64,000 nucleotides of DNA from Eledone cirrhosa (taxonomy: Eukaryota): the NCBI GenBank assembly GCA_964016885.1, contig OZ024740.1, forward strand, positions 263,996,001-264,060,000. The letters run 5' to 3'. Both the position numbers and the translations under genes were made by a program. This document shows positions 11,541 through 29,154 of the stretch, piece by piece. The number at the start of each line of letters is the position of its first letter. Positions within the stretch are counted from its first letter, which is position 1. The notes beneath the pieces are model-generated. The model was given only the letters and a program-made list of their open reading frames with translations. It was not told the DNA's origin and made no database searches.

Positions 11541-13020
11541 CATAAATATGTGAGAAAAATGTATATCATGCGATAAAACAATTACGGTGAAATAACCTGT
11601 CTTAACTACTTTTGATTAATAAAAGAATACTCCTTCACTTCTTATCATAAATTCTAGCTGAGATAAACTATTGAGGTGAAGTGCTCTTACATCGCTTGAA
11701 CCGGCTTATCCTCACAAAGTTACAGCGTAACATCCATGTCTATGCACCTTATCTACAACTATACACGCTTCCACCCGTACACAGACATTCATATACATGT
11801 ATATATGTGTGTGTGTGTGTGTGTGTGTGCATTATATTAAATTATATTATTTTTATTCATACACGGAACAAAGGCACTACCCAAGGTTTGAATGGCCAAA
11901 TTGACCATACCCTCAGAAAACAAGAGGCATCAAAAGAGTGAAGTTTTTTCAGGCGCTTATAAGAGTATGTCAGCTAACTCTCAGTGGCTTTCACATTCTT
12001 CCAGTCTTCCGTGGATTCTTTGAGACTCGTATTCTCGTGTTCGTCTTCTTTGTCCCCCCCCCCCCCCCCCCACACACACCATGAAAGTATGATTCAGTTT
12101 TTGCATGTGTGGCCTAATAAGCGTATACGCACGAAATACGTCTTCATTTTTTCACTGTATCTTCGCCAAAGTTCCCATAAAGCCACAGCTCTGCATGGTC
12201 TCTTTAATTTGTTTCTTTGTAAGGGAGTCAGTAGCTAAACTCCATCCACTGAACATCAGTTCTAATTCCTTTAATTTCCAGTTTCGTTGATTGTTGATTT
12301 CATCAGCAGTCTTCGTATTGTCTTGTATAATTCAATTGTAATAATCAATAAATTAAAAATAAGACGATATACAATATCTATTTCAGAAAAAAAAAATTAA
12401 GATATAACTTAACGAAATATATTAAATTAGAATACCGTTTAGAATATTTCAATGATCAATTAATTTTAAAAAACCGAAATACAATTACTATTTCTGAAAA
12501 TAAAACATATTAAAATAAAATACTTCAAACTATATTATTTTTGTGAAACATCAGAAGCAAGCGATGTTGTTAATGAATCACTGTTTTTCAGAGAATTGAA
12601 AATAGACAAACAGAAGGGCGCGTTATATTCTGCTTGTAGTAAAAATAAAGTTTTGTTTATTACAATGTAAAAAAAATAGAAAAGATACATAAAATGAGAT
12701 AGGTATATTATTTACCCAGTATTTAAAGAGAAATCATTCCTATGTGTGGAATTTAGAATAAATAGGCATACTGTAGCATGTGGTTAAGTACATATTTCAT
12801 TAATCATATTATGGTTTAACAATACAATAATAGACACGATACAGACAATATTTCATCATTTAAGCTTTCAAAAAAAAATATATATATATGAATCATAAAC
12901 AGAACGCAAGCACCAACAGTTTTGCAAGAGTTGTCAACATGAATGGACCTGTTACTTTTATCTAAAGACAATTCTTACAATTCCTACCCGCCTGTCCCCT
13001 CAATCTATCTTATTTCTCAT

Positions 13021-13065
13021 TCTTTCTTCTGATGAAGGACTAGCGCGTCCGAAAGATTAAGACCC
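13021..13065 (+). ncRNA. Minimal type I hammerhead ribozyme motif in a Penelope-like pLTR fragment (12890-13146)
   Basis: tctt-CTGATGA-a-ggac[tagcgc]gtcc-GAAA-gatt-aaga. A homologous module lies inverted at 51555-51790 and a partial one at 22150-22220. Confidence 0.65.
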
Positions 13066-13143
13066 TCTTCCTGCTATGTCAAGCGTTAACCTAATAAATC
13101 CCTTCCATATACTGTACCGATTGTGTTGTTATTTCTGTTTACC

Positions 13144-13249
<106 letters not shown>

Positions 13250-13340
13250 AAAGGGATATTTAATTTGTTGTTAATTCAACAAATATATATATTTATAACA
13301 GTGTCGAAGCACTCGACAGATTTTCTGTAGTATAATATCA

Positions 13341-13500
13341 ATGATATTAATAAATGGAAACTATATTTATAAAACCATATGTATTCTATTATATATCATT
13401 CAAGTGTACCAACATTTGGTACGCTCTCATCAAATAAAATACAGAGCTTGTTTTATAAATATTGACATATACAGGAATGAGACCTTAACGGATCAAGTTT
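13341..13500 (-). repeat. Degenerate copy of the HHR-bearing module seen at 47144-47500 and 38173-38275
   Basis: Shares the atattaataaatggaaactatatttataaaacc end. The core has decayed to TTGATGA...GAAT. Confidence 0.65.
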
Positions 13501-13857
13501 TACCTATATATATATATATATATATATGGTTATACTTTGGGAGCGTCATGCTGCCAATAAAAACACACGCACCTGTTGGTTTCATCACAACTTATTATAA
13601 ATTTCTGGTTGGTTGGTTCGATAACCGGATGGTTGTTTATATATTGTCAAAACTCATTCTGTGCCCTCTTCAGTGACTAGGGTTTAATTTTATTGACAGC
13701 ATGAACCTCCCTATATATGTTTCACCACACGCTTTCAGTTAAGAAAGCTTGCAAAACATATTAAAACATGATATATATATATATATAAATGTATATTTAA
13801 ATACACACACACTCACACACGCACACAAACACACGTACACACACACATACACACACG

Positions 13858-13888
<31 letters not shown>

Positions 13889-14964
13889 GTACACACTAAT
13901 ATATATATACATATATATAACGAAGGAATTGTGGTAAGGAACCAGATGGACCATAACGCACCAAAGTACTCAATACTTAGGGTAGTAGAGTGGGTAATAG
14001 GAACAAGTATATATATACTAGAAATTGATTGACATATATATATTTAAAATAAACACATGAAACAATCACAGGGGATAATTTGTAAAGTGTACAATTACAC
14101 ATAATGTAGGTAACTAATTAAAGTTTAACTAGAGCTTCAAATATTACCTTTTTAAAAAATGATTAATCCTCCTTGTATATATTTCATTAAAGAAATATAT
14201 TTCACCTTTAATCTGTAAAGTTACAGTAGTCAAATATTCAGCGGATTAAAGGTGAAATATATTTCTAAAGGTGAAATATATTTAACTATTTTAACCACCA
14301 ATAGCATCATATCTTTATATTTTAACCACCAACACGACAACTATTTTCAACAATCATATTATGTTAATTTTCTTCGCAAACATATCAAATTTGATTTTTT
14401 ATTTTTTATCATCTTCGCTATAACTTATTTATTATTATTCATTTATTATCACTACTTTTATTTTTTCACTCTATTTTTATTTTTATTTATCTTTTTTCTT
14501 TATTCTTTTCTTTTGCTTTATTTCTTTCTCTTTTTTCACTCTATCTTCTTCTGTTTTCTTCTTCTTTTCTTCCTCTATTAATGATGTAATTTGAATTTGG
14601 AAACGCCGTGTATAATTTTAAACAGTTTTTCTGATGATTTGGTTAAACATACATCGTATTAAAAATTGACTGACATAACTTCAAGTGATTAGCAATTTGA
14701 AGACAACTTAACCAATGACACAATTGTTAATACTGTAAATAAAACACTTTTTGTACTGTTGACCATGTTATTCTTCACTCTTTCACTATTATTACTCCAA
14801 GAATAACTTACATAGCAACTCCCGAGAACTCATATACTCGGTACCTACCTAAAGAAACCCCTTGTTGAGTCAAACAACGACCTGCGATAAAACTATCCAC
14901 AATCCGGAGTATTCACAACATCTCACTGGATTACCTATAACGATAAGTTGTTATCCCTTATATA

Positions 14965-15033
<69 letters not shown>

Positions 15034-15087
15034 TTTCTGAATTAGTTTAGCAAGATTCTTTAACTGAAATCGTGTGTTGAAACCGAT

Positions 15088-16051
15088 ATTGTTATACTTT
15101 GGGCGGGTCATGTTGCCAATAAGAAACACACGCACCAGTTGCTTTCACTTCAATTTATTATATATTTATAAATTTATAAATTTAGAAGGGCCCTAAATAA
15201 ACATAAACTCAATATTAAGATAGTAGAAAGACCAGGTACTTCCGTAAAAACACTTATTAGCAAGACATACCCTTTTCAAAGACCCTCATGTACAGATAAG
15301 TAATGTATAACCTGTAAAATAAGCCCCCATATTAACTGTAAAACTAGAAATGTAGTGTATAGCATAAGATGTACTGAAGGACAATGTAGAAACAAAAATA
15401 TAGTGTACATAGGTGAGACAGCTCGTAGTGTAGGGGAACGGATAAATGAACACTGGCGAGACCTTCAAGATAATAAAGAATCATCTGTACTCTACCAACA
15501 TGCTAAGATAGAACACAAGGGTAAATTAGAGAACATAGAAATAAAAAAAAAATCTACACACAGAAAAGACGCAATGTTTAGACAAATTACAGAGGCAATA
15601 AACATAAAAGAATTACAACCAAAATTAAATAGAAAATATGAGTGGAACAGCAACATCACAACTTACATTTAAGGACAAAATGAAAACACACACACACATA
15701 GAACAAACAACCAACCAGTAACATGTAAATAAACAAATAAATAAATGAACATAAACACACACAGACACCCGGATGTGGCGCATACGCAGACTGAGCACAC
15801 AACACACACACAGAAACAAAATGGCTTAGGACAGAACAAAGGAGAGGAACAGAAACAAAGAAAGGAATCCCCAGTCACTGAAGAGGTCACAGAGTGTGTG
15901 ACGAACGAACTATGACTATATATAAACAACTATCTGGTTGTGGAACCAACCTACCAACCAGAAATTTATAAATTTATAAATATATAATAAATTGAAGTGA
16001 AAGCAACTGGTGTGTGTGTTTCTTATTGGCAACATGACCCTCCCAAAGTAT

Positions 16052-16056
<5 letters not shown>
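15088..16056 (+). mobile_element. 5'-truncated Penelope-like element (Neptune/Nematis-like GIY-YIG end) with an inverted partial pLTR
   Basis: NVVYSIRC..C...VYIGETARSVGERINEH...EAINI..LQPKLNRKYEW at 15355..15672. 15088-15183 is an inverted copy of 15965-16056. Flanked by (TA)n. Confidence 0.85.
15873..15917 (+). ncRNA. Hammerhead ribozyme motif in PLE 3' UTR (slightly degenerate)
   Basis: agtca-CTGAAGA-g-gtcac...gtgac-GAAc-gaac-TA-tgact. Stems I and II pair. Confidence 0.65.
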
Positions 16057-16132
<76 letters not shown>

Positions 16133-16287
16133 CGAGAAATGAAATTTCGTTTCATTCTTTTCCATTTATCGTTTTCGGTGCGTCCGGCCGACTGACTCAA
16201 TCGATATGCAAATTAGGCTGCTCAACCATTAATATGCATAAGGAAAGTATATATTTTCAGACGTTCAACCATCTAACAAAAAGGTAT

Positions 16288-16330
16288 ACGATGCTGACGA
16301 TAGCTAATAAGCTTGAAACTAATACATCGT
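16288..16330 (+). ncRNA. Minimal type I hammerhead ribozyme motif
   Basis: acgatg-CTGACGA-t-agct[aata]agct-t-GAAA-ctaa-TA-catcgt with a perfect 6-bp stem I. Confidence 0.7.
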
Positions 16331-16611
16331 TCCTGTGTCAGTGTTGAACAAAAAGGTGACTATAGTTGCCTGAACAGTGTACGGCTTAATTCGGCTGTTT
16401 GTTTACAAACAAACCGAGCATTATAATAAATGTTCGGTAAACCAATACGTATATATATATATGTGTGCATGTATGTATTTATAAACATACTACTGTACGT
16501 CCGTATACACATATGTATGGTATACATATATGTATGTACGTATACATACATACTTACATTTAAGTACCAGCCGTACTAAGAGTGAGAAATGAAATTTCGT
16601 TTCATTCTTTT

Positions 16612-16704
<93 letters not shown>

Positions 16705-16808
16705 TATATATAAATGAAGTAATTCCGTCGGAAAGGTCCAGGAAAAATGAGTGCTCTATGTAGGTTACAGAGCTTATTAGTGAGGTAATAATCAACATAA
16801 GATAATTA

Positions 16809-16868
16809 TTTCATTTACCAGTGGTTTCTTGAAAGCAACCAAAATTGCTGTCGTTCATCAGAATAAAA
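16809..16868 (-). ncRNA. Type I hammerhead ribozyme (family shared with 39408, 40905, 41867)
   Basis: Reverse complement reads ttatt-CTGATGA-...agcaa[ttttgg]ttgct...-GAAA-cc[act]gg-TA-aatgaa. Confidence 0.7.
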
Positions 16869-17158
16869 AATCCTGATGTCTTTATTGACACTGGATTTGA
16901 AAAACAAAAATATAACAGATATGAAAGTGAGCCTGCAGGAAATGGTGGAAGGGAAGTATAATAAATAAGAATATATAACAACACACACGTACACACGCAC
17001 ACACACGCACACACTCTCACATATACACACGTATATACATATATATATATATAACTATATACACGCACACATACACACAAATATACACAGAGACACATAT
17101 ACACACACATGCACATATACATATATATATATATATCCATACATAAATACACCAACAC

Positions 17159-17205
<47 letters not shown>

Positions 17206-17361
17206 CATATATATACATGCACACACATAGATAGATATATATACATACATATCTACACATACACATATATACACATACACATACTTACGTATATACACAC
17301 ACACATACATACACACATATATATATACATATACACACATGCATACATACTCACATATAAA

Positions 17362-18812
17362 CTAGTTTTTCCAAATTGAAGGATGAGTATTTAAGCTTTA
17401 TTTGATTCTGAGTTAAGACTCAATTGGTTTTTCCCTGGATTTCACAAAATCTGTGGATAAAATCTCTGTATTGATTTTTTTTTTTTTTTAATTGAGGTTG
17501 AATTATTTTCCCATATCTTACGTTAATTATTTTTCATTTTAACGTTATAGTCACTTATATATTATCAAACATTTTTGGCTTCTTGCTCACAATAATTTCT
17601 ATATTTTCATTTATATTTATACTCGGAATTTTTCCTAGAGTGCTTAAAATTATTTGTGACTAATCTCTGTCTTTTTTTTTTAACCGCGATAATATTGCTA
17701 TTTTGCTGAACTCCTTACATTTTGTAGAGTTTTTTCGTAATGTTTTTGACTGCTGTTTCTTGTAAATAAACATTCATCTAATTCTGACGTCACCAGCCAT
17801 GTCTCTCCATATGTGTTTATTTTCATAATTCCGCACGAGGTGAACTAGTCTGCTCTTATATTCCCTTTTTGGCATTATCTGGCAGTGGCTTAGGGTTATC
17901 GTGTTTGAGCTCTAATGATGAATGGTTCCAACCGTAACCATCCCCACTGAAAAGTTTCGTGAAAAGGTCTTTTTCAGACAATATAGAGCATTTGTAGTTT
18001 TTCCAAATTGAAGGATGAGTATTTAAGCTTTATTTGATTCTGAATTAAGACTCTATTGGTTTTTTCCCTGGATTTCACAAAATCTGCGGATAAAATCTCT
18101 GTCTTGATTTATTTTTTCTAATTGAGTTTGAATTATTTTCCCATATCTTACGTTAATTATTTTCCATTTTGACGTTATAGTCACTTATATATTATGAAAT
18201 ACTGTTGGCTTCTTGCTCACAATACTTTCTATATTTTCATTTATATTTTCATTTATATATATATATATATATATAGTTATGTAATAAACAATATAAGATT
18301 TAAAAAAAAAAATCAATACAGAGATTTTATCCAAAGATTTTGTTAAATCCAGGGAAAAACCAATTGAGTCTTACCTCAGAATCAAATAAAGATTAAATAC
18401 TCATTCTTCAATTTGGAAAAACTACAAATGCTCTATATAGTCTGAAAAAGACTATTTCACGAAACTTTTCAGTGGGGATGGTCACATTTGTAATCGTTCA
18501 TCGGTAGAGCTCAAACACGATAACCCTATACTATTGCCAGAAGATATGCCAAAAAGGGAATTTAAAATCAGGCTAGTTCACCTGGTGCGGAATTATAAAA
18601 ATAAACACACACGGAGAGACATGGTTGGTGACGCCGGAATGAGACGAATGTCTATTTACAAGAAACAGCAGTCAAAAACATTACGAAAAAACTCTACAAA
18701 ATGTAAGGAGTTCAGCAATATAGCAATATTATCGTGGTTTAAAAAAAAAAAAAAGACCGGGATTTGTCACTAATAATTTTGAGCACTCTATGAAAAATTC
18801 CGAGTATAAATA
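17362..18812. repeat. ~630-bp unit as 1.4 tandem copies plus an inverted, permuted copy
   Basis: tagtttttccaaattgaaggatgag at ~17363 and ~17994. 18295-18812 is the reverse complement and spans the unit junction. Confidence 0.8.
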
Positions 18813-19195
18813 TAACCTGCAGTCATTGGTAATGGCGGGAAATGAATATCTGGCTGAGACAAATTTAAAATATTGCTACTGCTTATATTTTTATTGTTGG
18901 CAAACGTTGTAATATTTACAATGTTGGCGCCTGTGTGAGGTGATAGTTTGTGAGGAAGGTGCGACTCTGAGTCCGCCATGATTTTTCAAAGAAATTTTTT
19001 TTGTTTGATAATTATAAAAAGCTTAAATTTTGGGCTCAAGGCCCCAATAATTTTGAGTGTCCTTTTCAGAAATCAATGTATGTGCACTTATATATAGTTA
19101 ACAATAAACATTTTCCATAAATGGCATTTTTAAACAATTGAAAATAACAAACCTTTGCGGAGCTCACGATGATACGATTTACTACGTAGGACGCC

Positions 19196-19233
<38 letters not shown>

Positions 19234-19236
<3 letters not shown>

Positions 19237-21605
19237 TTTCTTTATTAACCACAAGGGTTTACATAAAGTAGACATTAAGGACAGTGCAGGACAATGCTGG
19301 ACGGTACAAATGGGCATTTCTGCGTGTAAAAAACAAAAACAGAGGATGTAACAAAAATAACAATGAAAATAACAATGAAAAATTCCCCAATAGGGGGGAG
19401 ACTTCGGAGGGACATTTGTGGAGAAATCCCAGTAAAAGGCCACAATGACCCTGACCACCAAGGCAAGTGCCCTCTCCCAGTTTTCCACCTTTAATTTACA
19501 GATATATAGTCAGAGTAGGCCCATTCACTCGGGCCATTCTTGCTTCTCTCACCCATCTTTCAACAAAATGCTGGGAAGAGAGCACTTCCCTCTCTACTCT
19601 TATTTTCCTTTTCAAATGAAATTTGAAAAAGTCAATCAGAGCATCACCGAAGAGGTAAGTGCTCGTCTTCAGCCCTTTCAAACGTGTCCACCATACTATC
19701 TCTTTCGCCATGGCCACCAGACAGATAAAAACTGCCTGCTCTTCCCGGCTAAAGCAGGAGGGCAGGGAAATCCTCACGATGGACTCAGATGATAGCCGGA
19801 TCCGTCCTAAACGCGACAGCAGGTGTTCGACATAAACCCACAAGTCAGCAATTTTCGGACACTGGACGAGTGCGTGCAGGATGGTTTCGTCGCCCTGCGC
19901 GCATCTCGGACATGCCCGGCTAACGGCACCTCCATGCCTGTAGAGTTTATCCCGAACTGGCAAGGCTCCTCGGTAGCACTGCCAGGCCAGAGATTTCTGG
20001 AAGTTGTCCATAGGCCCCGGCCCGAAAGTTCTTCCGATGAGATTTGCTAGTTGATTTTCGTCGACGCCTAGAGTTTCCCCAAGTACGTCGTCGCTCTTCC
20101 CCTCCACTAATCCTCTATAGAACGCCGAGGTGGAGTTTCCACCGATCACATTGCCCGATTGGTCGAGGGCTGTGAGCGCCTGAAGACATTCCAGTCTCCA
20201 GGCGCTCCCTCTCAGTCTTCGCTTGACCCAGGCCTGCAGCTCCGTCAAGGAAACGAGCTGGGGAAATACGTGTCTAGCAAACGGCGACCACAGCTGATCA
20301 CCGTCGAGAAAGAGGTGGAGATGTCGTAGCCTGAGCGCGTGCCTGCGCATCATCAGCCACGGCATGCCCAGCCCTCCACGTAGCGGGTGTTGACAACAGA
20401 TGGACCGCCTGACCATCGGAGCGCGTCCCTACCACAAAAAGCGAAAGAGCAAACGCTCCAGCGCAGTCAGGCGAGGCTTAGGACAAGGTACGACGGTCAG
20501 GCGGTAGCAGATGACAGACGCGATGTACGCGTTAGCCACCTCCGCTCGACCTTTCAGGGATAGCTTCCTCTCCGCCCATTTCTGGGTGAGAGAAGCCACC
20601 CTGCTCGTCACCTCGTCCCAGTTTTTGTCCCTCTGGAGGTCCGGACCGAACCAGACCCCTAGCAATTTAACCGGTCCGTCCGTCCAGCGCCCGACGACGC
20701 TGTTGGACGGCATGGACCTGCCTCTCCAGGTGCCGAGCTGCAGGCCCACTGACTTTTCCTGGTTGATCATTGCTCCTGTCACCGCTTCGTATTCTCTTAG
20801 TGTAGTGCCGATCGCCTCGATGTGTTTGGTGTTCGACACAACTACGATGACATCGTCCGCATATGCTGACACAGATCTTCCGCATCCTAGTTCGCGCGGG
20901 ACGCCCCTCAACGTCTCCAGTTTGTGCAGTAATGGCTCGAGAGTCAATACGTACAAGAGGGACGAGAGGGGACATCCTTGGCGGACCGAGCGCATGATGT
21001 TGAACGGTTCCGACAGGTGACGGTTCACTCAACACAGAGCAGATGTCGCTGTGCATAGCAGCGATCCAGCCTCTGAAGACGGGCCCAAAGCCAGCCGCCC
21101 TCAGGACTGCCGCTAGGTAACGATGGTCGACCGTAGCGAAAGCTTTTGACTGATCTAAATTGATCAAGGATCCACCCATGCCAGGTTCCCTAGCTACCCT
21201 CTCTACGATGTATCGCATGAGGTGGAGGTTGTCGTGTATGGATCTGTCGGGAATGGCGCATGTCTGCGCCTCTCCCACCAGACCACCAACGACAAGCGCC
21301 AACCTCTTTGCTAGCACCTTGGTCAAAATCTTGAACTCTGTGTTTAGCAGAGTTATGGGCCGGAAATTATCTATGTTATCCCCCTTGTTCGGATCCTTTC
21401 TCAGCAGTGCCACCGCTCCTCGGCTCACAGAACTGGGAATTCTCCCGTTCTGTTGCCAGTTGCAGTAGACGTCCGCCAAGAGGCCTCCGAACAAGTCTGG
21501 CATCTGTACCTAAAGTCCATAGAGCAGACCATCCAAACCAGGCGATTTACCCCTTGTGCAGCCAGCCATTGCCTCCCTTACTTCAGCGGCTGTTATCGGC
21601 TTATA
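19234..21605 (-). mobile_element. 5'-truncated Tx1/L1-clade LINE (RT and C-terminal zinc-finger region, frameshifted) ending in (ATT)n
   Basis: GKSPGLDGL, NFRPITLLN, NLDQSKAF, RQGCPLS, SAYADD, KLLGVWF, GGLGMP, CPRC...ETILHALVQC. AATAAA just before the repeat tract at 19197-19233. Confidence 0.9.
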
Positions 21606-22011
21606 ATGCCCCGGGCTTAAAATCAACGGCTTTTTTAAAACTTGATCTCCATTTTTTTCGGTTACTTGCTTACATGTACCATTGTCCCGAATCACCCATT
21701 CCATCGGTATGTTTATTTTTTCCGTTTTTTCCTTTTATTTCTCCTTTATTTCTCCTCTCTTTCTTCTTTTTCTTCTCTCCCTCGTGGTCCTTTGATACAT
21801 GAAAGACTATGGGCGCGCTATGGATAGTTGTATAATTTATAATGCTCCAAAACATCCACGATCCGTAGTAAACTACTGACGAGGGGAGACTGTCCACCTC
21901 TTGTTTGTGTCTCCTTACCATCTAACACCCGTTATCAGTAACCACATAGCGCCGCATCTCATTCATATTATATATATATATGTGTGTGTGTTTACCCCCC
22001 CCCCCCTACAC

Positions 22012-22067
<56 letters not shown>

Positions 22068-22081
22068 TTACCCCACCCTCC

Positions 22082-22153
<72 letters not shown>

Positions 22154-23386
22154 AAAGGTAAACAGAAATAACAACACAATCGGTAAAGTATATGGAAGGT
22201 ATATATTAGGTTAACGCTTAAACACACACACATACATATTTTACCACTTATACAATTGCACACTTATGTATATTTATATGGACATATGTAATTATATATA
22301 TATATGTGTGTGTGGTGTGTATGTGTGTACATATGTATGTATATATACACACACACAGAGTTGTATATAGATATTCTAGTATTCTAATTACCTAACAGTA
22401 AAATGAAAACGTTCTGGATACATCTGATGTATATTAACATGAATTGTCAATAGAATAACCATAGTCGGTTTTAATCTATCATATATGTCATATTACATGA
22501 GTGCCATCTGTGTTTTTGCGATTCTTATCAAATATTCATGGATTGTTTTCCGCTGATATTTTCAACATATTCATCTACGGAATACGCCCGTTGTAGCTAT
22601 TGATAATATTAATTTTTGACTATAATGAATTCCAGGGCAATCTATTATATATCGTTTTTGAGAATATAGTAGGATGCATATAGTGAAAATTTCTGTTATA
22701 GTTAAAGTTGTTACGGTTTCTTCAATGTTATGTAAATTCTAAAGTCACACAATCACATCCTCAAACATACACAAAGTCACATTATATATATATATATATA
22801 TATATGTATATAAATGAGGAGGGTGAGGAGGGTGACTTTAGACATCCTGCAGGACTAAAAACAAAACCTGTCAAAGGGCAAAAGAGCTCTTAAGAGTCAA
22901 TGGCCATCCAAAATCACCGGGAGAGATGACCCCTTAGCCTTTGTCAAGGCAGAATTCAAGGAGAAGGAAAACTCTGATATAACACCTGCAAACCTGATGG
23001 TATCCAATGATGTTGACTTGTTCTTCTTTTTGGTAAATATCATCTTGGTTAAGAGAGCGGGACTGGCTTGGTGCAGTGCATTTGCCCACTATAAAAGCTT
23101 CACGGCAGAGGCATTGCTTTATATGTGGAGATCTCTCTGCACTTGTCGTCACATGGTACCATGGGCCCAGCACTATGTGTCAATAATTGTCACAAGTGTA
23201 GTGTTTGTACCAGAGTTTTCAAGTCGCTGGCTGGACTAAAAAGCCACTCTCGTTCAGCGCATCGGTAGGGGTTCTCCTACATGGATATAAAGTAGTGGCC
23301 GTACTCGAAAACGAGTTGGCAGCTACCATATGTATGTATATATCTATATATATATATATGTATGTATATATATATATATATATATA

Positions 23387-23544
23387 ACGAAGGAATTGTG
23401 GTAAGGAACCATATGGACCGTAACGCGCCAGAGTACTCAATACTTAGTGTAGTAGAGTGTGTAATAGGAAAGAAATTATGACCTCGACGGCAGAGCTCAA
23501 GCCGTCGAAAGGGCTTGAGCTCTGCCATCGGGGTCATATATTTT

Positions 23545-23549
<5 letters not shown>
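23387..23549. repeat. Short (TA)n-embedded module with a terminal fold-back; same family as 46261-46456 and 13917-14008
   Basis: Shared ataacgaagga.tgtggtaaggaacc start. Palindrome at 23464-23549. Confidence 0.8.
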
Positions 23550-23583
<34 letters not shown>

Positions 23584-23631
23584 GATATTAATAAATGGAA
23601 ACTATATTTATAAAACCATATTTATTTCATT

Positions 23632-28697
<5,066 letters not shown>

Positions 28698-28923
28698 ATA
28701 TATATATATATATAGTAATAATAATAAATGTGGAGACAACAATCTAAAGAGGGTTCGGTAAGGATGAATATATATCAAATATATAAGAACCCTAGAGCAA
28801 ATATTTATTAAAATAACAAAATTAAAGTTTAAGCAAAGAATCACTGCTTTCACCCTAAACAGGATCTTCTGAAACTCGTTAAGTTTGAAAGCAGCGATTC
28901 TTTGCTTGAACTTTAATCTGTTA

Positions 28924-28992
<69 letters not shown>

Positions 28993-29114
28993 CTTCATAG
29001 GAGCCTTTTTATCTTATAGCCTGGTCGAATTGCTTTTTTATGTGGTTAATTATGCTAATTGGGAGAGAAAATTGTTTATATATATTATCAAATGATTCTA
29101 TGGACATACTTTAT

Positions 29115-29148
<34 letters not shown>

Positions 29149-29154
29149 ATAAAG

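Noticed and set aside
22770-23330. Possible coding or LINE fragment
   Set aside because: Complex sequence, but no motif I could assign with confidence.
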